This document shows positions 19,451-27,966 of a stretch of DNA of 64,000 nucleotides, in pieces. The stretch is from an uncultured delta proteobacterium. Lineage in GTDB: Bacteria; Myxococcota; Myxococcia; Myxococcales; Myxococcaceae. Position numbers and translations under genes: made by a program. Location: NCBI GenBank assembly GCA_963776345.1, contig CAVZMH010000019.1, positions 256,001 through 320,000 of the forward strand, given 5' to 3'. Positions within the stretch are counted from its first letter, which is position 1. Every line of letters begins with the position of its first letter. Under the pieces are notes generated by a model. That model saw only the letters and a list, made by a program, of their open reading frames with translations. It was not told the DNA's origin and did no database searches.

Positions 19451-20266
19451 ATGTCCGGAGTCCTCGCCTCCAGGAACCGGCGCCGCCGCGCCGACGGCGC
19501 AGCTTCCCGTGCCCCCGGTGGCCGGTCGGTCCTGCGCGGCCTGGGAGTCCTGGCGCTCCTGGCCTCGCTCGCCTGGATCGGCCTCCAGCTCGACGGGTGG
19601 GCCTCCAGCTCGCCCCGGCTCGCCCTGCGGACGGTGAGGGTCCAGGGGCTCCACCGGGCCACCGAGCACGAGCTCCTCCGGATGGCCGGCGTGGCCCCGG
19701 GGATGAACCTCTGGTCCCTGGACCCGGCCGCAGTGGCCCAGGCGATGGGCGCCCACCCGTGGGTCCGCACCGTCGAGGTTTCGCGGAATCTGCCGGACAC
19801 CCTGCAGCTCCGGGTCGAGGAGCGCGCGCCGGTGGCCCTGGCCTCGCTCGGTGACCTGTACGTGGTCGACGCCGACGGCGCGCCGTTCAAGCGCGTGTCT
19901 CCCGCCGAGGCGCTCGACCTGCCGCTGCTCACCGGGCTCACCCGCGAGGCCGCGGAGAAGGACCCGGCCGGCACCGCCGCCCGGCTCCGCGAGGCGCTGG
20001 CGGTGGCCGAGGCCTACCAGCGCGCCTTCGAGCGCCCCCGGCTCTCCGAGGTCCAGCTCGGCGAGGCCGGCTTCGCGCTGATCGCCGCCGACGGCGTCCG
20101 GGTCGTGCTCGGCCGCGACGACCTGGACGGCCAGCTCCGGCGGCTGCGCCGGGTCAGGGACGAGCTGCGGCAGCGCGGCCTGCTCGCCTCCGCAATTCAC
20201 CTCGAGAACCGCGTCCGGCCCGGCTGGGTCGCGGTGCAGGTCCAGCCCGGCGCCAGGACGCACTAG
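19451..20266 (+). CDS. ftsQ: Cell division protein FtsQ/DivIB
   Basis: TM segment plus POTRA domain (HPWVRTVEVSRNLPDTLQLRVEERAPVA). Located between ddl and ftsA. Confidence 0.9.
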   Translation: MSGVLASRNRRRRADGAASRAPGGRSVLRGLGVLALLASLAWIGLQLDGWASSSPRLALRTVRVQGLHRATEHELLRMAGVAPGMNLWSLDPAAVAQAMGAHPWVRTVEVSRNLPDTLQLRVEERAPVALASLGDLYVVDADGAPFKRVSPAEALDLPLLTGLTREAAEKDPAGTAARLREALAVAEAYQRAFERPRLSEVQLGEAGFALIAADGVRVVLGRDDLDGQLRRLRRVRDELRQRGLLASAIHLENRVRPGWVAVQVQPGARTH

Positions 20267-20293
20267 CCACGAGCGAGAAGGGACGGAAGTCAC

Positions 20294-21526
20294 ATGGCCA
20301 AGCAGAAGGGTGGAGAGATCGTCGTCGGCCTGGACATCGGCACGACGAAGATCTGCGCCATCGTCGGTGAGCTCACCGAGAACGGCATCGACATCATCGG
20401 CATCGGCAGCCACCCGTCCAAGGGCCTGCGCAAGGGCGTGGTGGTCAACATCGAGGCCACCGTCGCCTCCATCCGCCGCGCGGTGGAGGAGGCCGAGCTG
20501 ATGGCCGGCTGCGAGATCACCACCGTCTACACCGGGATCGCCGGCGGCCACATCAAGGGCTTCAACAGCCAGGGCATCGTGGCGGTGAAGGACAAGGAGG
20601 TCCGCGAGGCGGACATCACCCGGGTCATCGACGCGGCGAAGGCCGTGGCCATCCCCATGGACCGGGAGGTGATCCACGTCCTGCCCCAGGAGTTCATCAT
20701 CGACGACCAGGGCGGCATCAAGGAGCCGCTGGGCATGGCCGGCGTGCGGCTGGAGGCCAAGGTCCACATCGTGACCGGCGCGGTCTCCAGCGCCCAGAAC
20801 ATCGTCAAGTGCGCCAACCGCACCGGGCTCAACGTGGCGGACATCGTGCTCCAGCCGCTGGCCTCGAGCGAGGCGGTGCTGGGCGAGGACGAGAAGGAGC
20901 TGGGCGTCTGCCTGGTCGACATCGGCGGCGGCACCACTGACATCGCCATCTTCTCCGGCGGGAGCATCGCCCACACCGCGGTCATCGCCCTGGGCGGCAA
21001 CAACCTGACCTCGGACATCGCCATCGGGCTGCGCACGCCAGCGCACGAGGCCGAGCGCATCAAGCAGCGCTACGGCTGCGCGATGGCGTCGATGGTGGAC
21101 AAGGAGGAGACCATCGAGGTGCCCTCGGTGGGCGGCCGGCAGCCGCGGGTCATCGGGCGCCAGATCCTCTGCGAGATCCTCGAGCCGCGAGTGGAGGAGA
21201 TCTTCCAGCTGGTGCACCGCGAGATCCAGAAGTGCGGCTTCGAGGATCTGCTCGCCAGCGGCGTGGTCATCACCGGCGGCTCCACGCTGCTCGCCGGGAT
21301 GCCCGAGCTCGCCGAGGAGGTGCTGGGCCTCCCGGTCCGCCGCGGGATGCCGCGCGGCATCGGCGGCCTGGTCGACGTGGTGAAGAGCCCGATGTACGCC
21401 ACCGGCGTGGGCCTGGTGGTGTACGGCGCCCGTCACACCGACCGGCGCCTGTTCCGGATCCGCGAGGAGAACGTCTACCGCAAGGTCCGGGGCCGGATGC
21501 GGGAGTGGCTGGAGGAGATCTTCTAG
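20294..21526 (+). CDS. ftsA: Cell division protein FtsA
   Basis: GLDIGTTKI, GLRKGVVVNIE, DIGGGTTD, AERIK and VITGG motifs. Confidence 0.98.
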   Translation: MAKQKGGEIVVGLDIGTTKICAIVGELTENGIDIIGIGSHPSKGLRKGVVVNIEATVASIRRAVEEAELMAGCEITTVYTGIAGGHIKGFNSQGIVAVKDKEVREADITRVIDAAKAVAIPMDREVIHVLPQEFIIDDQGGIKEPLGMAGVRLEAKVHIVTGAVSSAQNIVKCANRTGLNVADIVLQPLASSEAVLGEDEKELGVCLVDIGGGTTDIAIFSGGSIAHTAVIALGGNNLTSDIAIGLRTPAHEAERIKQRYGCAMASMVDKEETIEVPSVGGRQPRVIGRQILCEILEPRVEEIFQLVHREIQKCGFEDLLASGVVITGGSTLLAGMPELAEEVLGLPVRRGMPRGIGGLVDVVKSPMYATGVGLVVYGARHTDRRLFRIREENVYRKVRGRMREWLEEIF

Positions 21527-21541
21527 TCGACGGCGGCGCCG

Positions 21542-21600
21542 CTACAGGCGTGTGTCGAAAACTTGCGGGGGCGGGTCCGGGGCCGATGATGACCCGGATC
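21542..21600 (+). promoter_or_regulatory. Putative promoter/regulatory motif upstream of ftsZ (copy 2)
   Basis: CTACAGG..TGTG.CGAAAACT.GCG...GGGCCGA..ATG.CCCGGATC, collinear with 19388-19448. Confidence 0.6.
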
Positions 21601-21628
21601 GGCCGGAATGGCCGGTGGGACGAGGCGC

Positions 21629-22798
21629 ATGGACAACTTCGAGCAGGGCAAGCAGGCCGCGAGGATCCGGGTGGTGGGCGTGGGCGGGGCGGGCTGCAAC
21701 GCGATCAACACCATGATCGCCGCCTCGCTCGACCGGGTGAACTTCGTCGCCGCCAACACCGACATCCAGGCGCTGGCCGCGAGCCAGGCCGCGACCAAGA
21801 TCCAGATCGGCGAGGCCCTGACCAAGGGGCTCGGCGCCGGCGCCAATCCCGAGGTCGGCCGGCAGGCGGCGCTGGAGAGCAAGGACGAGATCGCCCACGC
21901 GCTCGAGGGCGCGGACATGGTGTTTGTCACCGCCGGGATGGGCGGCGGAACAGGCACCGGCGCCGCCCCGGTCATCGCCGAGGTGGCGCGCTCGCTCGGA
22001 GTGCTCACCGTCGCCGTGGTGACCAAGCCCTTCCATTTCGAGGGGAACAAGCGTCGGAAGCAGGCCGAGGCGGGGCTGATCGAGCTCCGGTCGTCGGTGG
22101 ACACGCTGATCACCATCCCCAACCAGCGGCTGCTCGGCCTGGGCGGTCAGTCGATGCCGCTGCTCGAGACCTTCAAGCGCGCCGACGAGGTGTTGCTCAA
22201 CGCGGTGCAGGGCATCAGCGACCTCATCCAGTACCACGGCTACATCAACGTGGACTTCGCCGACGTGAAGACCATCATGAGCGACCGGGGCCTCGCGCTG
22301 ATGGGCACCGGCCGTGCCTCGGGCGAGAAGCGGGCGGTCACCGCCATGCAGCAGGCGATCAGCTCGCCGTTGCTCGAGGACGTGCAGATCGACGGCGCCA
22401 CCGGGCTCCTGATCAACATCACCGGCGGCCGCGACATGACGCTCCAGGAGGTCAACGAGGCCCTGACCCTGGTGCACGACGCCGCGGACGAGGAAGCGGA
22501 GATCATCTTCGGCAGCCTCATCGACGACAACGTCTCGGACGAGGTGAAGATCACCATCATCGCCACCGGCTTCCAGCAGCGCGACGCGCGCCGGCCGACG
22601 CCCGCCGCGGGCCACGCGGTGACCCGTCCCGCGGCCGCCGAGCCCGCTGCCCTGGGGCCGGTCCGGGCCCGCGCCACCGCCCCCGAGCCGAGGCCGCTCG
22701 CGCCCACCCGTCCCCTGAAGGAGCCGTCGCTCCCGCTGGACGAGGATCAGTTCGACATCCCCACGTTCCTGCGGCGCCAGGGCCAGGGCGAGCCGTAA
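21629..22798 (+). CDS. ftsZ: Cell division GTPase FtsZ
   Basis: [15 protein letters not shown] tubulin motif, INVDFADV and C-terminal [12 protein letters not shown] at 21629. Confidence 0.98.
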   Translation: MDNFEQGKQAARIRVVGVGGAGCNAINTMIAASLDRVNFVAANTDIQALAASQAATKIQIGEALTKGLGAGANPEVGRQAALESKDEIAHALEGADMVFVTAGMGGGTGTGAAPVIAEVARSLGVLTVAVVTKPFHFEGNKRRKQAEAGLIELRSSVDTLITIPNQRLLGLGGQSMPLLETFKRADEVLLNAVQGISDLIQYHGYINVDFADVKTIMSDRGLALMGTGRASGEKRAVTAMQQAISSPLLEDVQIDGATGLLINITGGRDMTLQEVNEALTLVHDAADEEAEIIFGSLIDDNVSDEVKITIIATGFQQRDARRPTPAAGHAVTRPAAAEPAALGPVRARATAPEPRPLAPTRPLKEPSLPLDEDQFDIPTFLRRQGQGEP

Positions 22799-22817
22799 CC
22801 GTCCGACCCGGTGGCGG

Positions 22818-23537
22818 TCAGGCCGAGCCGGTGGACCGCCACTTGTACATCCGCTGGCGGTGGCCCGTGCCGTCCAGGGCCGCAAAGAGGTGGCCCCGGA
22901 AGACCATGATCAGGTGGAGCAGGGCCCCCTCCACCAGCGCGGTGAGCACCGTCCCCGCGGTCCCGAGCATGGCGAGCGGGTAGCGGGGCGTGAAGTACCA
23001 GGCCGCGAGTAGCAGGAGGTTGGGGATGCCCCACTCGATCCAGTTCGCCTGGAGGAACCGGATCGACCGCTGGGCCGTCTCCAGACCGCCGTAGCTCCCG
23101 CGCTGGTAGATCACCTCCGGCGCGGCGTTGAGCAGGATGACCGCGGCCAGGAAGAGGAGCTGTGCGAAGACGAACCGCTGCGGCCCGGGAACCATCAGCT
23201 CGATGACCAGCGTGGCCACCCAGAAGACGAAGAAGACGTTGGCCACCGACCAGAAGTACGCCCGGATGCTGCGGCCGAACTCGTCCAGCTTCACCCGTGA
23301 CCTCGCGACCACCTCGCCCAGGAAGTAGAGGTAGCAGCTCGCGGCCGCCGCCCAGATGACCCACACCACGAACTGGCCGAGCCGGCCGAGACCTCCGAGC
23401 ACCAGTCCGGTGGCGAGCGCGTTGGCCTCCAGAAGGCCGATCGGCAGGAGCAGCGTCCAGGCGTTCTTCCCGATGCCGGCCAGGGCTTGCCGGAACGCGC
23501 CGGCATAGATGCGGAGGTAGACGGTCAGGACGTTCAT
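22818..23537 (-). CDS. Hypothetical multi-pass membrane protein
   Basis: 239-aa ORF with several hydrophobic segments, convergent with ftsZ. Confidence 0.75.
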   Translation of the reverse strand: MNVLTVYLRIYAGAFRQALAGIGKNAWTLLLPIGLLEANALATGLVLGGLGRLGQFVVWVIWAAAASCYLYFLGEVVARSRVKLDEFGRSIRAYFWSVANVFFVFWVATLVIELMVPGPQRFVFAQLLFLAAVILLNAAPEVIYQRGSYGGLETAQRSIRFLQANWIEWGIPNLLLLAAWYFTPRYPLAMLGTAGTVLTALVEGALLHLIMVFRGHLFAALDGTGHRQRMYKWRSTGSA

Positions 23538-23635
23538 GGGGCGGGGCGGACCATGTCATTCGATGCGTCACCGTGCCACCCTGATGCTTGCCCCGCCGCG
23601 GGCGAGCGTGGCAGCGTGCGCCGCCCGACGCCGCC

Positions 23636-24986
23636 ATGTTCCGCTCGCTGCTCATCGCCAACCGGGGGGAGATCGCCCGCCGCATCGGCACCGTGGCCCG
23701 CTCCATGGGCCTCCGCACCATCGCCGTCTACTCGGACGCGGACGCCCAGGCGCCCTTCGTCCGGGAAGCCGACCAGGCGGTGCGCCTCGGGCCCGCCGCC
23801 GCCGAAGGACAGCTACCTGAACGTGGAATCGCTGATCCACGCTGCCAGGGAGACCGGCGCCGAGGCGGTCCACCCGGGCTACGGCTTCGTCTCCGAGAAC
23901 GCCGAGTTCGCGCGGGCCTGCACCGAGGCCGGCATCGTCTTCGTCGGCCCGCCGCCCGCGTCGATGGCCCGGATGAAGGACAAGGCCCAGGCCCGTGCCC
24001 TCGCCGCGGGCGCCGGCGTTCCGGTGGTGCCCGGGAGCGACGGGGTGGTGGCCGACCTCCGGGGCGCCAGCGAGGCCGCCGAGCGCATCGGCTTCCCGGT
24101 CCTGGTGAAGGCCGCGGGCGGCGGCGGGGGCATCGGCATGGCGGTGGCCGGCTCGCAGGCCGAGCTGGAGAAGGCCTTCCGCGCCTGCGCCGACCGGGCC
24201 CGGTCCGCCTTCGGACGAGACGCCGTCTACCTCGAGCGCTACTTCCCGGCTCCGCGCCACATCGAGGTGCAGATCCTCGGGGACACCCACGGCACCCTCC
24301 TCCACGTCCTGGAGCGCGAGTGCAGCATCCAGCGCCGCCACCAGAAGGTGGTGGAGGAGGCAGGGAGCCCCCTCTTCCTCGACGGCCGCAACGCCGAGCT
24401 GCTGGAGCGGATGAGCCAGGCCGCCCTCGCCGCGGCGCGGGCCTTCGGCTACGCCAACGCCGGCACGGTGGAGTTCCTGGTGGCGGACGGCGAGTTCTTC
24501 TTCATCGAGATGAACGCCCGGCTCCAGGTGGAGCACCCGGTGACCGAGCTCACCACCGGGGTGGACCTCATCGGCTGGCAGCTGCGCATCGCCGCCGGCG
24601 AGCGGCTGACTGTCCGGCAGCAGGACATCCACCGCAGGGGGCACGCGCTCGAGTTCCGCATCTACGCCGAGGACCCGGTGCGCTTCCTCCCCAGCCCCGG
24701 GCCGCTGAACGTCTTCCGCCCGCCGGAGGGCGACGGCATCCGGGTGGACGCGGGCTACGCCGAGGGCGGAGTGGTGACTCCGTACTACGACCCGCTCCTG
24801 GCCAAGCTCATCGTCTCCGGGAAGAGCCGCGAGGAGGCCATCCAGCGCGCCGAGGGGGCGCTGGAGCGGTTCGAGATCCAGGGGCTGAAGAACAACATCC
24901 CCCTCCACCTGCGCATCGTGCGCGACCGCGCCTTCCAGGACGGCGCGCTCGACACCCACTTCCTGGAGCACCACGCCAAACCCTGA
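23636..24986 (+). CDS. accC: Biotin carboxylase subunit (AccC-like); net +1 frameshift near 23795
   Basis: MFRSLLIANRGEIA starts in one frame. SYL, HPGYGFVSEN, ERECSIQRRHQK, EMNARLQVEHPVTE and YDPLLAK follow in the +1 frame. Confidence 0.9.
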
Positions 24987-25004
24987 TTGAGGAGCGCCCC
25001 GACG

Positions 25005-25217
25005 ATGGACGTCCCCGCCCACATCACCGGCACCGTCTGGAAGGTCGAGGTCTCGGTTGGCCAGGTCGTCACGGCCGGCGAGGTGCTGGTCATCCTCGAA
25101 TCCATGAAGATGGAGATGCCGATCGAGGCTCCCGAGGCCGGCACGGTGAAGGAGATTCGCTGCCAGCCGGCGCAGGCGGTGAACGAGGGCGACGTGCTGG
25201 TCGTGCTCGCGCCGTGA
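25005..25217 (+). CDS. Stand-alone biotin carboxyl carrier protein
   Basis: 70 aa with the ESMKME biotinylation motif and a GTVWKV...GDVL fold. Confidence 0.92.
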   Translation: MDVPAHITGTVWKVEVSVGQVVTAGEVLVILESMKMEMPIEAPEAGTVKEIRCQPAQAVNEGDVLVVLAP

Positions 25218-25984
25218 CCTCCGACGGCAGGCTGGAGCGCTCCTGGCTGCCCGGCGGCGTCCGGGTGCTGACCCTGGAGCGGCCCCGGCGGAGGAACGCG
25301 CTCACCCCCTTCCTCCTCGACGCGCTGGCCGAGGCGCTGACCCCGGACCCGGAGGTGAGGGCGCTGGTGCTCGAGGCGCGCGGCCCGGCGTTCTGCGCCG
25401 GGTACGACCTCTCGCAGCTCGGGGAGGACGCCGTCGCGGACCGGTCGCCCGACGCGCGGATCCAGGAGGTGCTCGCGGTGCTCGAGGAGCACCCGGCGCC
25501 CAGCGTGGCCGTGGTCCACGGAGCGGCCTTCGGCGCCGGGTGCGAGCTGGCCTGCGCCTGCGACTTCCGGGTGGGGACGCCCGACGCCGTGCTGTGCATG
25601 CCGCCGATCCGGCTCGGCGTCGTCTACGCGCCCGACGGCGTGTGGCGGGTTGCCCGGCTCGCCGGGCTGCAGCGCGCCCGCTGGATGTTCCTCACCGCCG
25701 CCGAGGTGTCCGCCCCGGAGGCGCTCGCCTGGGGCCTCCTGGACCTAATAGCCGACGACGCCGCGGCCCGCGCGCACGCCCTCGCCGCCAACCTCGCCTC
25801 GGGCGCGCCGCTGGCCATGGCCGGGCTGCGCCGGACGCTCCGGGCCCTCGGGCGCGCGCCCCTGGACCCCGCCGAGCGCGAGGAGCTGGAGGCGCTCCGT
25901 GCGGACGCCTTCGCCTCCGAGGACGCGGACGAGGCCCGGAGGGCCCTCCGCGAGAAGCGGCCTCCGCGCTGGCGCGGACGCTAG
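25214..25984 (+). CDS. Enoyl-CoA hydratase/isomerase family protein
   Basis: GTG at 25214. RRNAL, FCAGYDL, AFGAGCELACACD and SEDADE..RA..EKR.P.W.GR motifs. Confidence 0.9.
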   Translation: MTSDGRLERSWLPGGVRVLTLERPRRRNALTPFLLDALAEALTPDPEVRALVLEARGPAFCAGYDLSQLGEDAVADRSPDARIQEVLAVLEEHPAPSVAVVHGAAFGAGCELACACDFRVGTPDAVLCMPPIRLGVVYAPDGVWRVARLAGLQRARWMFLTAAEVSAPEALAWGLLDLIADDAAARAHALAANLASGAPLAMAGLRRTLRALGRAPLDPAEREELEALRADAFASEDADEARRALREKRPPRWRGR

Positions 25985-26024
25985 GAAACGCCCGGGCTGT
26001 GCGCCCGGGGCGGCTCCCGGTTCG

Positions 26025-26618
26025 TCAGGCGCCGCCGAACAGCTCGGCCATCCGCAGCCGCAGCGCGGAGGCGATCTTGTACAGCGAGCTGATCGAGGCG
26101 CTCGACTCGGCGCGCTCGATCTGGCTCAGCAGCGAGACCGACAGCCCCGTCCGCCGGGCGAGCTGCTTCAGGGTCAGCTCCTGCGACTTCCTGGCCTCGC
26201 GGATGGTCCGGCCGATCGCCCGGTGCAGCTCGGCCTCGGGGTCCTTGGAGAGCCCCTTCTTGGCCAGCGCCGACTCCACCGCGGCGAGCAGCTCCTCCGG
26301 CTCGACCGGCTTCTTCACGTAGTCCGAAGCCTGCGCCTTGAGCGAGGCGACCGCCGTCTCCACCGCCGGGTGCGCGGTGGCCACGATCACCGCGATGTCC
26401 GAGTCGTAGCCGCGGATCTTCTCCAGCAGCTCCGTTCCGGACATCTGCGGCATCATCATGTCGAGGATCACCAGGTGGAAATCCTCGGAGCGGAGCCGGT
26501 CCATCACCTGCGTCGGGTCGGTCAGCGCCACGACCTCGTACCCCGCCTTGGTCAGCAAGAGCTGCAGGTAGTCGCCGGTCTCCTTCTCGTCGTCGACCAC
26601 CAGGATGCGGATCTGCAT
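26025..26618 (-). CDS. digR: Response regulator, receiver plus XRE HTH (DigR-like)
   Basis: REC domain (VVDDE, LDMMMPQMSG, KP) fused to an XRE HTH (LTLKQLARRTGLSVSLLSQIER). Domain architecture and position near ftsZ match Myxococcus DigR as I recall it; not checked. Confidence 0.8.
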   Translation of the reverse strand: MQIRILVVDDEKETGDYLQLLLTKAGYEVVALTDPTQVMDRLRSEDFHLVILDMMMPQMSGTELLEKIRGYDSDIAVIVATAHPAVETAVASLKAQASDYVKKPVEPEELLAAVESALAKKGLSKDPEAELHRAIGRTIREARKSQELTLKQLARRTGLSVSLLSQIERAESSASISSLYKIASALRLRMAELFGGA

Positions 26619-26626
26619 CGCCCCTC

Positions 26627-27913
26627 CTAGCGCTGCGGCATCGCGCTGGAGGCCCTAGCCTTCTTCTGGGCGTCCGAATCCTCAAGGAATTTCTTCACCC
26701 TGGGCACGGCCGGGTCGTCGGCCGAGGCGAGCTCGAGGAACCGGCGGTAGTGGGTCTCGGCCTGGCCGGTGTCCCCACCCCGGGCGTAGGAGGTGGCCAG
26801 CATCAGGTGGCATCGGGGGTGGTTGCGTTCGAGCGCGAGGCAGCGCTCGAAGCGCCCCGTCGCCTCGCCCACGTTCCCCCCATCGTAGAGGGTCTTGCCC
26901 TCGCGGTAGAGCCGCTCGACGTCGGCGGCGCTGGCGGCCCGGGGCTGGGCCTTCCTGGGGGCCTTGAGCGCGGCGGCAATCTCCGCGCGGAGCTCGGCCA
27001 CCTCCGGTGCCCAGGCCCGGCTGCTCCGCGCCGGCGCCAGCTTCTTCAGCGCGGCCGATGGCCGGCCCAGGCCCAGCTCCCGGCGCGCGCTCTTCACCGC
27101 TCGTCCGGCGGCCGCCTCGGCCCGCCACGTCCTCCGCAGACTCTGCGTCTCCGCCTGGTAGGCGCGGTCCCGGACCGAGCCCAGCATCCGCAGCGCCCGA
27201 TCGAAGTCGCGGGCCTCGGCGGCGGCGCGCGCGGCCGCCAGCCACTCGGTGGGGGTGCTCGGGCGCGTGGCGGACACGGTGGGCGGGTTCAGCTCCAGCG
27301 GCGGTGGCTCGGCGGGAGACGGGGGAGGCACGTCCGCCACCACCTCGGGCGTGGGCGGCGGCGGGACCGCGCTGCGGACCCGCGACGCCTCGCCTTCGCG
27401 CGACCGCAGCATCAGCGCGGCGCCGAGCCCGAGGACGAGACCGAGCCCCGCCACGCCCAGCACGCGCCGGGAACGGAAGACCCGGGGCTCGAGCTCGACC
27501 GGAAAGCTCGGCGCCGGCTCCAGCGGGCCAAGGAGCACTGGGTGGGGGGCGGTGTCGGCCAGCACGTCGCCCCGGGCGACGGCCGGGGGCTCGGGCGTCC
27601 GGGGCAGCGGCACCTCGAGCGGCACCCCGTCCGGGCGGAGTGCCACGCCGTAGTCGCCGATCCTCACCAGATCTCCGTCGCGGATCGGGACCGGCTCGGT
27701 GATGCGCACCCCGTTCACCTGGGTGCCGTTGGCGCTCTGGAGGTCCTCGAGCAGGACGGCCCCGCTCCGCTGGAGCAGCCGGGCGTGACGGCGCGAGACG
27801 TTCCGTTCGGGCAGGTGGACGACGTTGTCCTCCCGCCGTCCGATGGTGACTTCCTCGCGGTCGAGGGGGACCTCCTGGCGGTGCCCCTCGTCGTCTTCGA
27901 TGACCAGCTTCAC
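26627..27913 (-). CDS. FHA domain membrane protein with C-terminal TPR
   Basis: FHA motifs IGRRED, VSRRHA, DLQSANGT. A TM segment, a Pro-rich linker and TPR-like helices follow. Confidence 0.85.
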   Translation of the reverse strand: MKLVIEDDEGHRQEVPLDREEVTIGRREDNVVHLPERNVSRRHARLLQRSGAVLLEDLQSANGTQVNGVRITEPVPIRDGDLVRIGDYGVALRPDGVPLEVPLPRTPEPPAVARGDVLADTAPHPVLLGPLEPAPSFPVELEPRVFRSRRVLGVAGLGLVLGLGAALMLRSREGEASRVRSAVPPPPTPEVVADVPPPSPAEPPPLELNPPTVSATRPSTPTEWLAAARAAAEARDFDRALRMLGSVRDRAYQAETQSLRRTWRAEAAAGRAVKSARRELGLGRPSAALKKLAPARSSRAWAPEVAELRAEIAAALKAPRKAQPRAASAADVERLYREGKTLYDGGNVGEATGRFERCLALERNHPRCHLMLATSYARGGDTGQAETHYRRFLELASADDPAVPRVKKFLEDSDAQKKARASSAMPQR

Positions 27914-27966
27914 GGGTCCACCAGGCCCCTCCCCCGAGCCGGCCCCATGCTACAAGGCGCGGCCTC

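Noticed and set aside
23588..25984. 798-aa biotin carboxylase/enoyl-CoA hydratase fusion
   Set aside because: The middle of the ORF is out-of-frame sequence. The accC N-terminus and the hydratase merely share a reading frame.
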